The notes beneath the pieces are model-generated. The model had not been told where the DNA came from and did not search any database. It saw nothing but the letters and a program-made list of their open reading frames with translations. Of a DNA stretch of 64,000 nucleotides, positions 20,601 to 29,313 are shown piece by piece. Positions within the stretch are counted from its first letter, which is position 1, and every line of letters begins with the position of its first letter. Source of the DNA: a bacterium (lineage in GTDB: Bacteria > Zhuqueibacterota > Zhuqueibacteria > Zhuqueibacterales > Zhuqueibacteraceae); contig JBIOXB010000211.1 of NCBI GenBank assembly GCA_044869275.1, forward strand, positions 1-64,000, given 5' to 3'. The translations under genes and the position numbers were made by a program.

Positions 20601-23512
20601 CCGTTGCCGTCGAACTTGCAGAAGTCCTCGCGCTTGCCGAGGATCACGGCGAGCTCCTCGTCCGGGTCGCCTTCGTGCAGGCGATTCTGTGCCGGGCCGA
20701 CGATGTGAAAATGCGAGAAGCGCTCGGCGTCGAAACCGATGCCCATGTGCCGGTCGCCCTGGCCCATGCCCGACACCGGAATTTGCCCGGTGGAAGCCTC
20801 TTTGTCGATCTCCATGATGATTTGTTCGGTGACGTAAAGATCGGACACTTCCGTGACCGGCGTGGAGCGCTGCACCACAGTGGTATCGTGAATGCGCTGC
20901 TGGCGGTTGATCCAATATTTCTTTTCCTCGAGATCGACCGCGTGCGCGACCGCGCGATCGAGCGCTGTACGCTCCAGTTGCGCGGCTTTGTTTTGCGGGC
21001 AGAAATTCACGCAGGCATTGCACAGCGCGCAATTCACATGCAGCAGCTCGGGAATCTCGCGTGCATGGCCAATGCGGGCGCCGTAGGTGCAGGCATTTTC
21101 GTGGCTGCACATGCCACAGCGGATACAGGTTTCGGGATCGATAAAAAGCTTGCCGTATTCATAGCCGCGCGGATAAATCACCTTCAACCCGTGCTGCAAA
21201 TGCGATTTTTCTTCTTTTTGTTGCGCGAGCGTGTGCGGCAAATACTGCGGACTCTCCTTCATGATTTGCCAGAAGCGGTCGATGAACTCGGTCTTCTGCG
21301 GTTTGTTGAGACCCAGCGCGCGAATGAAATTTTGATCCGCTTCGACCATGTCGTAAAGCCGGGTGAGCGGAATGTCAGTCGGGCACACGCGCGTGCAGTT
21401 GTCACAGCGCGTGCACACCAGGAAGCCCAGCGCTTCTGCTTGCGAGATTGCTTCGCCGGCGGCAATGCGGTTCGCGGTTTTGCGCCGCGTGATGGGCGTC
21501 GCCGCACCGAGCAGGCCGAACACGTCCGAGGTCGGGCACACGCGCTCGCAACTGTCGCATTCCGCGCACACCGCCGTGATTTCCGCCAGCGGGTGGCGTT
21601 CCGCTTTCAATGTGGAAGGGACCACTTTCGGGAAAAGCAGCGTGCCGATTTTCCAAATGGCGCCACTCAGCGGATTTTTGAGGTAGCGCTGCGGATCTTC
21701 CGCATTTTTATCGAACAATCTCACCAGGATTTCCTGCGCGCGCACCATGGCGTTAAAAGCAAAACGCGGAAGCAGGCGTTGCTTGCTGGCATTCAGAAAT
21801 TTGCCGCGATTGAGCAGCCTGCGCTCGTCGCTCCGGGCCTTCAGCGCTGCCAGCTTCTCATATTTTTGCGGGAAGGATTTTTTGAAGGCGCGCAGGAACG
21901 GCAGATTCCAGATGCCGATGCCGTACGGTTTCGCGCCGAAGTGCAGCGCCATTTGCGTCATATACGGCACCAGGGCGAAGTACAATTTGTGGCGGAAAGT
22001 CTTGGTGTCGGCCAGCAAAATGGATTGGATCAACATCTCTTCCGGGTTGATCACGTGGCCTTCGGTCTTGATTTCGAGATCGAGCAGCTCGCGCAAGGTA
22101 CGGCGCAGCAGCTGCATGTATTGTGGAAACGCCGCAAGCGGAATCACGGTCTCGCTCACCAGCATCGAAGGGCCTTTTTGCTTCATCTGCACCGGCTTGT
22201 AGCGATGCTCCCAAAACCTGTGCGCGAGCGCGGTGGGCAATTGGCGATAACTCAGTTGCCCGTGGCGCAAAGACGCGCCGCTGGCGCCGAACAACCGCGA
22301 GCGCACAGCCAACTCGTAATCTTCCGCGGTGTCGAAATTGAGCACGAGCACGTGATCCGGCTCACCCAGGGGGTGCAAGGCCTGCAAATCTTCGCGCGCC
22401 TCCTGCAGCCGTTTTTCATCGTCATGGGCGAGCGCGCGATGCGAAGCTTCTGCGAGATGCTCGCGTTCGATTTCGACCGTGAGTTTGATGAATTCACGAT
22501 CGAAATAAATGATCGAAGAGGGCCGCAGGCTTGCCTGGCCAACCAATTGGATAAACTCTCGCGCCGCCTCGCGCGTGGGCAATACCAGTGCAAACGGCTT
22601 GCTCGCGGTTTCGTATTCCTTCACCTGAACGCGCGCGCCCACGACCATGCCGAGCTGGCCTTCGCTGCCAAAAAACAGATCGAATTCTTCTTCGTCTTTG
22701 TGCAAAGCCTTGAGCTCGCCGCGCGGTGTGATCACCAGCAGCGCCTCGACGGAATTCTTCACCGCACCGTATTTGTACGCCCCTATGCCAAGGCCGCCGG
22801 TGACGATCCAGCCGCACAACGTGCCGCTGTTAGGATTGGTGATGTCCTGCCGCAAAGCCAGGCCGTGATCCTTCAACGTCTTGCGCAATGTGGGAAACAA
22901 TGCGCCCGCGCCCACCGTGATCATGTGCGCGGCGGCATCGACCTGCACAAAGTCGAGATAGGAAAGATCGAGAATCTTGGCGCCTTCGAGCGGGATGCAG
23001 CCGCCGAACGGCCACGTGCCGGCGCCGCGGATGGTGTAATGCACTTTGTGCTGATACGCCCACTCCACGAACTGGCGTGCGTCGGCAACGCTCACCGGCC
23101 GCACGATGAAAGAAAACTTGATATCGACCAAAAGCTTCTTAAACAACCGCGGCACCATGGCGGTGCCGGTGTCGTTGCCGTAAATCTCTTTTTGTACTTC
23201 ATCGGGCACGAAGATTTCGGTTTCCTTGGAAAGCCGCTGGCGCAGCTCGGTTACCGCGGCCTCGTTGAGCGCCGGTGCAGCGGCGCCGTTTGGCAGCGCG
23301 CTGAATCCACGAAAGAGCAATTGCCGCGCACGACGCTGCTCGGCCACGCGCTCAGCACTCGAGCTCTGCAAAAGAAAATCAAATGGCGAGCCGGAGGAAG
23401 CAGCCGGTTGATCTCCATTGGCGCCAGTTTGCTGCCATGCACGGCGGCGCAACAAGCTTGTGGATGAACCGGCACGGTCGGCGTAGTCCAGGTGGGGAGC
23501 AGTCGAGGCCAT
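14672..23512 (-). CDS. 2946-aa multidomain glutamate-synthase-like protein: FAD-linked oxidase, two ferredoxin modules, degenerate FMN barrel, FMN barrel, GATase-II, GXGXG
   Basis: RGAGT/GSEGQLG/LNRGK; four CxxCxxC motifs; TGEGG, SQGAKMG, DGPRGGTGA, SGGIRT, CDRNRNCQDGC; SNCGV..RG..HVRLATG..HNGE; C-terminal G.AG..G repeats. Confidence 0.88.
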   Translation of the reverse strand: MASTAPHLDYADRAGSSTSLLRRRAWQQTGANGDQPAASSGSPFDFLLQSSSAERVAEQRRARQLLFRGFSALPNGAAAPALNEAAVTELRQRLSKETEIFVPDEVQKEIYGNDTGTAMVPRLFKKLLVDIKFSFIVRPVSVADARQFVEWAYQHKVHYTIRGAGTWPFGGCIPLEGAKILDLSYLDFVQVDAAAHMITVGAGALFPTLRKTLKDHGLALRQDITNPNSGTLCGWIVTGGLGIGAYKYGAVKNSVEALLVITPRGELKALHKDEEEFDLFFGSEGQLGMVVGARVQVKEYETASKPFALVLPTREAAREFIQLVGQASLRPSSIIYFDREFIKLTVEIEREHLAEASHRALAHDDEKRLQEAREDLQALHPLGEPDHVLVLNFDTAEDYELAVRSRLFGASGASLRHGQLSYRQLPTALAHRFWEHRYKPVQMKQKGPSMLVSETVIPLAAFPQYMQLLRRTLRELLDLEIKTEGHVINPEEMLIQSILLADTKTFRHKLYFALVPYMTQMALHFGAKPYGIGIWNLPFLRAFKKSFPQKYEKLAALKARSDERRLLNRGKFLNASKQRLLPRFAFNAMVRAQEILVRLFDKNAEDPQRYLKNPLSGAIWKIGTLLFPKVVPSTLKAERHPLAEITAVCAECDSCERVCPTSDVFGLLGAATPITRRKTANRIAAGEAISQAEALGFLVCTRCDNCTRVCPTDIPLTRLYDMVEADQNFIRALGLNKPQKTEFIDRFWQIMKESPQYLPHTLAQQKEEKSHLQHGLKVIYPRGYEYGKLFIDPETCIRCGMCSHENACTYGARIGHAREIPELLHVNCALCNACVNFCPQNKAAQLERTALDRAVAHAVDLEEKKYWINRQQRIHDTTVVQRSTPVTEVSDLYVTEQIIMEIDKEASTGQIPVSGMGQGDRHMGIGFDAERFSHFHIVGPAQNRLHEGDPDEELAVILGKREDFCKFDGNGRIVSGHGPHTSRLLKLRTPILYNVIEQLCNGKIELAMMKVAERQGALVVMYTRTILDYYEYFLREGHYQRLPRVIMPRVDHELMHRLTVNPNTNREFLLDFWSMPAFELKHDANIGRTLPFIRDSARHEGGQQPLISGYLEISEYDLLGMSMLAPAIKQKVNEFLDLGVDILHVHGLRNKDEYFVTSNAVQALHHYLLRIGMRHEVSIIASGGIRLASDSQKTIQRGAEATLIDFAALLALDPTAYRAYVENRTTTEKLLSMEVDWAVQRLNHQAESRKVQILEVLGAAGFKDIKKTVGEEGRLIDFHQLEHRLQRDIFEDEDILVRYAQLNEELITREPIAEEAQRHYAQLRGMIRPLPQPHDFYRLEETNQNLLKRDFVWPGNLIESIGRMATGDLAMLDLRHVKATGALGDGFDVMRILYNKDPMDIPEGELEHINTALRLDKDLILAGPWMFGGKSVGSIGLDTWRAQVIACRALGTQCDTGEGGYPTSFFLNTKGEPIFFTENEIQTIKPFFENGRNYTIAEVRQILTQNGCTPHTHAHVFAQLDLHPSLAPFHFMTVIDTDDEAYISTELKTGLFGVTKETMQKARRLVIAYSQGAKMGIGGHILAKKVNKLVSYLRGIEGLEELHLEGLEALVKRLARIAGDENHPLYTIAPPALAEADRARDEKHVTEELKRHLRELRERIYNLHAESKLDELEFENLLRETQNVINFVYTSIISPFPFHNCYSIEDVKAFIDIVRMINPHAVVSIKVSPSIDIEFIAAGLGRIGKDNTDEIVATKFGKVQEGYGEMAAEVAAYARQYGMKIEIWLDGPRGGTGASPNIIKGQMGMHIEYAVPLIHHRLVRDGLRNHVSFFVSGGIRTYEDVIKAVALGADGVIWGTAPLVAIGCDRNRNCQDGCSRGIATSNLIMQKLRDVELNALQIVNTFTILQMQVMRALAALGCKDIRELRGRHDKLHWIGLKERVDHRERLQKEVIKEAERDETYERKPAEILPARAGQSNCGVAAVNGTAPIPSYILDETLACMKNRGMDGVGVAKALCFPDHQEDYAYRVLVKGVLQKEMEENLALQWRAEHRDAPTQELRAAARELVLHRRAKLMNSIRRVFLEPCFDFKTETEAARVRERYKGDAHGNERDYREFGHDGTDPGDLYTFFVRVKPEVLQHHIETVLLAEGDAATNSAAARQRRMRTGFLSGMFPKITRQNYQQSPHFMQKAEDLFVFQHSLELTRLLYVSEAAPEHLKRFAQQNGFASQGHSSLHVKTIMENAQENPEPYLQLMRDFIQAHPFAQYEHRYENRRVRLAAVMSCGKNFATWKTAGREIPWQTPAAPNNIIHVRLATGSVVEQMNSHPFSNLHTALTHNGETTNYEALKQRVEFFGLSPLATTDTAVAALKFHLTADEWQYPDWALFESFSPTTGDDLHLVAPALRPQLEEVQRVEFASSPDGPYQYLCLRHNPYTKVTERVDLKDPADLRPNVSAFWIDQGNGGARAFSIISSEEQAIQRMLQLLDREGLIDGAMPDLTWVSSGMISRYQFDEQQRIRSFEFIDRYGQPIVPEDFGRHYSCSRATLHEPPPAIKAQLNLSRLLNSTPAEFARQLATWDFNTYRWVLAHGVDGVKETQTTFTRVLDLLTWLNDYMRTLDTGDKAKSSLLDITRHELNRLLDGTAAGLIEGHLHVNRKKAQQFKNKPAFAKECLVIDAAGFLPEGTDPEFCLAAFLRRAHELGWRRYLLYRVSGQRLISTAVMGTRDTDDVEMEVYGAAGEYFGAFMQGGGIRLHGNAQNFCGMCMHHGELYVFGNAGKVCGYASKGGKVFIMGNVVDRAWTNSVDDARGQKLEVMILGSASKFAGESLMGGNFYFAGVHFDAAGKLRTNDRPYLGTKLLGGASRGNFFFFDPKNRLESFQYAHGILKEMNQHDWAKSLAKFKEILQLSNVPVMIKDGKEFIEVDELEVELSLQNFKLIAPRGGLKGYESH

Positions 23513-23552
23513 GAGGTGTTCTCCTGAGGTGAAATGATTGGCGCAAATGCAA

Positions 23553-23618
23553 AATGCCCCGTCCGTTCCTGGTGCATGATCTCATGAGCTACCGGCGCAG
23601 AGGAACGAGAGGGGCATT
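23553..23618 (-). promoter_or_regulatory. Long leader hairpin upstream of the giant glutamate-synthase-like gene
   Basis: Nested complementary arms AATGCCCC/GGGGCATT and CGTTCCT/AGGAACG. Confidence 0.5.
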
Positions 23619-24138
23619 GGCCCGAAAAGAATAAGTTTTATTCGCGCTGCATAATTTTTCAGAAGTGCGTGGATAACATTCAAGCGTTATCGTGTGGCAG
23701 GAGAATAGTGAAATTTATTTTGCCGCGCAAAGAGATTTTTTGAGCAGCGCCTTGTTATTGTGCTGAAGGGATCATTTTAAACTAAAGGGAACTGCGGGAG
23801 AATTCGTTGGTTGTGGCGCTGCGCGGGAAGAATAGGCTGGGATAATGAGTGTTAGATTTGCAATGATGTAAGTCTAGCAAGAGGGTGATTGATTCCTTAG
23901 ATCTTGACACCACGCTCTTCCACCATTCGTAACAACATGTCTCTAAAATGGACAAACCCAGGGAATCTTACTGGCAAATATAAACATCTCACCCCTTGTG
24001 AGCAAGGCTGATTTCGGCAATGCGCGCTTGACTTTTTCCATACTGCGCTTAAATTGATTTCGACACAATGGCCCGTATTCCAGCCGACGCTCCATCCCGA
24101 ATTCAATCCACACGGGTTTTGATAAAATTGACTCGGTC

Positions 24139-26448
24139 ATGATTGGCAGAGCCATATCACATTATCGCGTCTTGGAAAAGCTTGGCCAGGGCGGCATGGG
24201 CGTGGTTTATAAAGCTCAAGACCTCAAGCTCGACCGCTTTGTCGTGCTCAAATTCCTTCCACCCGATCTCACCCGCGATGAGCAAGCCAAAGCGCGCTTC
24301 ATCAACGAAGCGCGCTCGGCCTCGGCGCTCGACCATCCCAACATTTGCACGGTTTATGAAATCAACGAAAGCGACGACGGGCAGTTGTTTATTGCCATGG
24401 CGTACTATGAAGGCGAAACGCTGAAGGAGAAAGTGGGCAGTGATCAGTTATCAGTAAACAGTGTGATTGAGATTGCCACGCAAATTGCGAACGGCTTGAC
24501 TCGGGCACATGAGGTAGGCATCGTGCATCGCGATATCAAACCGGCGAACATCATGGTCACCAAACGCGGCGAAGTGAAGATTCTCGATTTCGGTTTGGCC
24601 AAGCTGGCGGGACAACAGCATCTCACCAAAACCGGCGCGACCATGGGCACAATTGCGTACATGTCGCCCGAACAGACGCAAGGTTTGCCAGTGGATCATC
24701 GCACCGATATTTGGGCGCTGGGCGTGGTGATGTATGAGATGATTACCGGACAACTGCCGTTTCAGGGGCATTACGATCAAGCGGTGATGTATGCGATTGT
24801 GAATGTCGAGCAGAAACCGGTTTGGCAACTTCGGCCCGAAACGCCAATGGGGTTGGTAGAGGTTGTTGCAAAGAATTTGAATAAGAATCCGGGAGAACGG
24901 TATCAACATGTTGAGGAATTGCTTCAAGATTTGAAAACAGGCGGCCGCGGAGTTGCGAGCAAAGTTTCGAGCAAGCCCACGCTACCTCGAAAAAATTCAT
25001 TACAGAAACGATGGCCTGTTTATGCGTTATTGGCAGGCCTATTTGCTGCGTTCACATTTGCCGGGATTCACTTTCTTCCGAAATCAACGCAAGCCATCGA
25101 TTCCATTGCCGTGTTGCCGCTGCAAAATCTCTCCGGCGATCCGGAGCAAGATTACTTTGCCGACGGCATGACCGAAGCGTTGATAGCGAACCTGGCCAAG
25201 ATCAAATCCCTGCGCGTGATGTCGCGGACCTCGGTGATGCAATTCAAAAACACGCGCGAGCCTTTGCCGGAGATTGCCAAAAAATTGCGCGTCGATGCTA
25301 TCGTGGAAGGTTCGGTGGCGCGGGCGGGTAATCGCGTGCGGATTACCGCGCAGTTGATCGAGGCGGCAACCGATCGGCATCTGTGGGTGGAGAATTATGA
25401 TCGTGACCTCCGCGACGTTCTTGTGTTGCAGAGCGAAGTAACGGAAGCGATTATGAGTGAGATGCGAGTGCAGTTGACGCCACAAGAAGAACAGCGTCTG
25501 ATGGTGGTGCGGCCAGTTGATCCCGAGGCGTATCAGCTTTATTTGAAAGGCCGGGACTTTATGAGTAATTTCAATTGGGATAAAGGCTTGCAATGCTTTC
25601 AAAAAGCGATAAGTATTGACCCGAATTTTGCTCCGGCTTATTCTGGTGTTGCAGGAGTATATTTGCAATTCATGACCGGAGGCACGTGCTACGGGTTGCC
25701 GAAAGAAATGTTTCCCAGAACCAAAGCTGCCGCATTGAAAGCCTTGGCACTAGATGATACAGATGCCGAAGCTCACGCGGCACTCGGCGCGATGAAATTC
25801 TATTACGAATGGAATTGGAATGAACCGGAGCGCGATTTTAAACGTGCTCTTGAATTGGCGCCGCAGAGCGCCGGCATTTATCAAAGTTTTGCTACGTATT
25901 TAGTGTTGGTAGGTCGATTCGACGAAGGCATTGCGTTACACAAGAAAGCCATTGAGCTCGATCCTCTCTCTCCATCCTTAAGTATCACTTTAGCTTTTGG
26001 TTTTTTTTATGCGCGCCGTTATGACGAGGCAATTGCGTACCTTCACACGATGCTGCAGTTATATCCTGAACATCCCATTGCATACTATCAGCTTGTATGG
26101 CCTTACATCTTGAAGAAAATGTACAAGGAGGCTCTCGCGTTTCATGATAAACTGCCGGAACCTTTTGTGAAGGCATATGTTTATGCTGTCGCTGGTCAGC
26201 GCGAGGAAGCTTTACAAATACTTGATGAGCAATTGAAGCGCTATCAAGCTGAGCAATGCGAGCCCTTCAATTTTTCGTATGTCTATCTCGCTTTAGGCGA
26301 TATCGACCAAACCTTTTATTGGTTGAACCAAGCTTACGAATATCGTTCTGGCTATATCGTTTGGCTGAAGACCGAGCCAATGTTCGACCCTATACGCACC
26401 GATCCAAGGTATGTAGAATTGTGCAGGAAGATTGGGTTGAAAAATTGA
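24139..26448 (+). CDS. Hanks-type Ser/Thr kinase with TM helix, TolB-N-like domain and TPRs
   Basis: LGQGGMGVVY, HRDIKPAN, DFGLA, YMSPEQ; SIAVLPLQNLSGDPEQDYFADG; TPR helices. Confidence 0.92.
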   Translation: MIGRAISHYRVLEKLGQGGMGVVYKAQDLKLDRFVVLKFLPPDLTRDEQAKARFINEARSASALDHPNICTVYEINESDDGQLFIAMAYYEGETLKEKVGSDQLSVNSVIEIATQIANGLTRAHEVGIVHRDIKPANIMVTKRGEVKILDFGLAKLAGQQHLTKTGATMGTIAYMSPEQTQGLPVDHRTDIWALGVVMYEMITGQLPFQGHYDQAVMYAIVNVEQKPVWQLRPETPMGLVEVVAKNLNKNPGERYQHVEELLQDLKTGGRGVASKVSSKPTLPRKNSLQKRWPVYALLAGLFAAFTFAGIHFLPKSTQAIDSIAVLPLQNLSGDPEQDYFADGMTEALIANLAKIKSLRVMSRTSVMQFKNTREPLPEIAKKLRVDAIVEGSVARAGNRVRITAQLIEAATDRHLWVENYDRDLRDVLVLQSEVTEAIMSEMRVQLTPQEEQRLMVVRPVDPEAYQLYLKGRDFMSNFNWDKGLQCFQKAISIDPNFAPAYSGVAGVYLQFMTGGTCYGLPKEMFPRTKAAALKALALDDTDAEAHAALGAMKFYYEWNWNEPERDFKRALELAPQSAGIYQSFATYLVLVGRFDEGIALHKKAIELDPLSPSLSITLAFGFFYARRYDEAIAYLHTMLQLYPEHPIAYYQLVWPYILKKMYKEALAFHDKLPEPFVKAYVYAVAGQREEALQILDEQLKRYQAEQCEPFNFSYVYLALGDIDQTFYWLNQAYEYRSGYIVWLKTEPMFDPIRTDPRYVELCRKIGLKN

Positions 26449-26694
26449 TTAGAAGTTTGCTACAAAATTTCTTGACTAGTGGTCCAACATTCCAGGATTT
26501 CCAAGTTTTAGAAAAGACAAAGCTGATGCTTCCAATTTTTAATATGCCTAAACTCTGCAAAATATCTCTCCTCTTGACTTCCAAGTTTTGGTAAGCTTTC
26601 CTGCCATTTAGCCATTCTTGCTTGATAATCGCCCGCTCAGGTTAACACAATCAAATTCAACCTGTTGAGACATCTGGCATATACCCGCAACTAT

Positions 26695-26710
26695 TGGCAT
26701 TATTCTTGGC
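26695..26710 (+). promoter_or_regulatory. Imperfect sigma-54 (-24/-12) promoter candidate
   Basis: TGGCAT-N5-TTGGC versus consensus TGGCAC-N5-TTGC; about 60 nt before the ATG at 26771. Confidence 0.3.
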
Positions 26711-26770
26711 TATGCCCTCACTAAATCAATTCTGTACTGATTTACCAGCTAATTTTGTAAGGAGAGTATC

Positions 26771-28108
26771 ATGATCAAGCTTAGACAATTTTGCATACTG
26801 CTGGTAATGGCTATTTTAATAGTTGGCAGTGTAGGAACGGCCCAATGGATTCCCCAACCTTCACCTTTGCCAGTAGGCGTACCAGCGCATTTCTTTTATC
26901 CTGTGAATGAAAATATTATCTGGGGAATTGGAATTACCGAGGCGGGACCGTCTCAAGGCGTCATTCGAACTGTCGATGGAGGCAAAAACTGGCAACTCAC
27001 GACCATCACTGCCGCAACAAACTTATGGTTCGACGATGTCTTTGCCAGCGATAGCAGCATTGCATGGGTTTCCGCATTTGATTTCAATCTAAGCTTAGTG
27101 GGAGGCATCTTCAAGACAATTGATGGTGGCAAGACCTGGGTAAGGCAACCCAACCTTTTTGACAGATCAGGAACGGCGCCATTGTGTGTTTATTTTTTCG
27201 ACGTAAAAGATGGCCTTGCCATTGGCGATTCACCTATTGACGGCTATTTTGAAATTTATACGACAACTGATGGCGGCGATAATTGGACACGAGTGCTCAA
27301 GGACAGTATTCCTCCTTTAGCAGTTGGCGGCGAATTTAGTGTCAACAATAGTTATGCTGCGCAAGGGAACTCCTTTTGGTTTGGCACTTTTCCCGGTCGT
27401 GTATATCGCACGACCAATCGTGGAAAGAGTTGGGCGGTATCAGACCCGGGACTTGGTCCAACCACGGTAGTGTTTCTCGCTTTTCGGGATGAGCTCAATG
27501 GTTTGGCGACCAGATATTTCCCGGATCGCAATCGTTTCGCCAAAACCGCCGATGGAGGAAAAACATGGACCATCAGCAATTCACTCCGCGGGATAACCGG
27601 GCCAGTTAAATTTGTTCCAGGCACAACGGCAACTTATATCATCGGTTCTAGAGGTTATTTTGGAGAACCGCCGGGCTCCACTTATACTTTGGATGGCGGC
27701 ATCACTTGGAAGATGATTGATAATCTCTCACATACCGTCCCCGCATTTTTTTCTCCACAAATCGGTTGGATCGGCGGTGACGACTTTATCTATAAATGGT
27801 CCGGCCCAGCCTTGCCCGTCAATGAAACATTGAGCGAGTTGCCAGTTCATTTTGCGTTGAGCCAAAACTACCCCAACCCCTTCAATCCCTCCACCACTAT
27901 TCGTTATTCATTGGAGCAAACCGAACGTGTTTCGTTGAAAGTCTTCAATCTCGCCGGGCAAGAGGTCGCCACGCTGATTGAGGGCAAACAGAATGCGGGC
28001 GAACATCATGTGCAATGGCAAGCGGAGGGCGCGCCGAGCGGGGTTTATTTCTATCGACTGCAGGCAGATAAGAAAGTGGAAACGCGGAAGATGATTTTGA
28101 TGCAGTGA
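26771..28108 (+). CDS. Secreted BNR/Asp-box (YCF48-like) beta-propeller protein with T9SS-type CTD
   Basis: Repeated T.DGG..W motifs; QNYPNPFNPSTTIRY...SGVYFYRL; signal peptide; AAGGAG RBS. Confidence 0.85.
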   Translation: MIKLRQFCILLVMAILIVGSVGTAQWIPQPSPLPVGVPAHFFYPVNENIIWGIGITEAGPSQGVIRTVDGGKNWQLTTITAATNLWFDDVFASDSSIAWVSAFDFNLSLVGGIFKTIDGGKTWVRQPNLFDRSGTAPLCVYFFDVKDGLAIGDSPIDGYFEIYTTTDGGDNWTRVLKDSIPPLAVGGEFSVNNSYAAQGNSFWFGTFPGRVYRTTNRGKSWAVSDPGLGPTTVVFLAFRDELNGLATRYFPDRNRFAKTADGGKTWTISNSLRGITGPVKFVPGTTATYIIGSRGYFGEPPGSTYTLDGGITWKMIDNLSHTVPAFFSPQIGWIGGDDFIYKWSGPALPVNETLSELPVHFALSQNYPNPFNPSTTIRYSLEQTERVSLKVFNLAGQEVATLIEGKQNAGEHHVQWQAEGAPSGVYFYRLQADKKVETRKMILMQ

Positions 28109-28165
28109 CGGCGCATGGCGCGGAGGGCATGGCGCCTAGCGGTCAGTTTTAGCGCTGTAATTCTC

Positions 28166-28204
28166 AAAAGCGGATCAGGAAGAGGTTGTTCTGATCCGCT
28201 TTTC
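28166..28204 (+). terminator. Intrinsic terminator
   Basis: AAAAGCGGATCAG ... CTGATCCGCTTTT stem with T tract. Confidence 0.7.
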
Positions 28205-28312
28205 TCCTTATGAGGCGCCAGCTTGAAAAAGCTCTTTCTTTTGAAGGTAGTTTTAGGTAGTTTTCATCAGAGAAATGGAATGGGAAAGAGTAACCTTTAA
28301 GGAGTCGATAAC

Positions 28313-28648
28313 ATGGAGACGGTCCAAATTCAACTGCCGTCCAAACTGGCGGAGCGCATACGCCGGGAGATGCCTACCGATGAAGCGTTGAGCAAATTCG
28401 TCGCCGAGGCGATCCAGCTCCGGTTAGAAAAACAGCAGGAAGAGAAAACGGACAGAGAAAAAGCGTTGCACGCACTTCGTCAAGCCGGCTTCGTCATGTC
28501 GGCTGAAAGGCAGCGTTCCATGGCCGAAGACCTGCTGGCGAAATTATCGTTGCCAAAGACTACGAACCGTGCCGAGGTGGAAACTGCCTTGGCTAAACTC
28601 AAAGTCCCCCTTTCAGATGAAATCATCTCGATGAGAGGCGATCGCTGA
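28313..28648 (+). CDS. Putative antitoxin (RHH-like N-terminus)
   Basis: Directly precedes the PIN gene with TGATG overlap; AAGGAG RBS. Confidence 0.7.
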   Translation: METVQIQLPSKLAERIRREMPTDEALSKFVAEAIQLRLEKQQEEKTDREKALHALRQAGFVMSAERQRSMAEDLLAKLSLPKTTNRAEVETALAKLKVPLSDEIISMRGDR

Positions 28649-29109
28649 TGTTCTATTATTTTGACAGCAGCGCAGCCGTTAAACGATATGCACCAGAAAA
28701 GGGAAGTGATTGGGTGAAAACTGTCATTGCGCGATCGGCAGGCAACACCGTTTACCTTGGCCAAATCGGCGTAGTAGAAATCGCTGCAGCCTTGAGTAAG
28801 AAAGTGCGTTCGAAAGAGCTGGCCAACGAGGAATACGAGGCATCCTTTGGGCTATTTCTCGCGGACGTGGAAAATTATGAGTACTTTACCGCCCCACTGC
28901 ATGACGAAGTGATCTGGCGCGCCGTGGACTTGACCAAGCGGCATCCTCTACGAGGATACGATGCCGTGCATCTGGCTACCGCTATTACTCTCAATACTCT
29001 CCAGCTTGAAGCAAATCTCCCTTCGCTTACCTTCGTCTCTGGCGACAAACTCTTATGCGATGCGGCCCAAAAGGAAGGATTCACGGTCTATAATCCCAAT
29101 GAGCATTGA
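28648..29109 (+). CDS. vapC: VapC-family PIN toxin
   Basis: YYFDSSAAVKRY..E.GS and LRGYDAVHLA..FVSGD. Confidence 0.88.
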   Translation: MFYYFDSSAAVKRYAPEKGSDWVKTVIARSAGNTVYLGQIGVVEIAAALSKKVRSKELANEEYEASFGLFLADVENYEYFTAPLHDEVIWRAVDLTKRHPLRGYDAVHLATAITLNTLQLEANLPSLTFVSGDKLLCDAAQKEGFTVYNPNEH

Positions 29110-29313
29110 GGCGATCCCGCAATTGTACCAAATTTCACACGGCGCCGGCGTCTGCTGTGCTTCTTAATGTTGGCTTCGGGATCAGCAACGATTTCCGGCA
29201 TTCCCCAAAGCAGAGCTAAACCCGCGCACGCATCGCCGTATGCGGCGAGGATCGAGTCTGGTACGCCGTTTTCAATGTCTTTGGCGTGCGTCGCGATTCG
29301 ATCAAGAAGTTCA

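Noticed and set aside
20519..23467. 982-aa plus-strand ORF (also 16544-18130, 33364-34893, 52626-54185)
   Set aside because: Antisense shadows of motif-rich genes in GC-biased DNA; no recognisable motifs.
23897..24155. Short minus-strand ORFs between the giant gene and the kinase
   Set aside because: No motifs or clear RBS; probably intergenic or decayed DNA.
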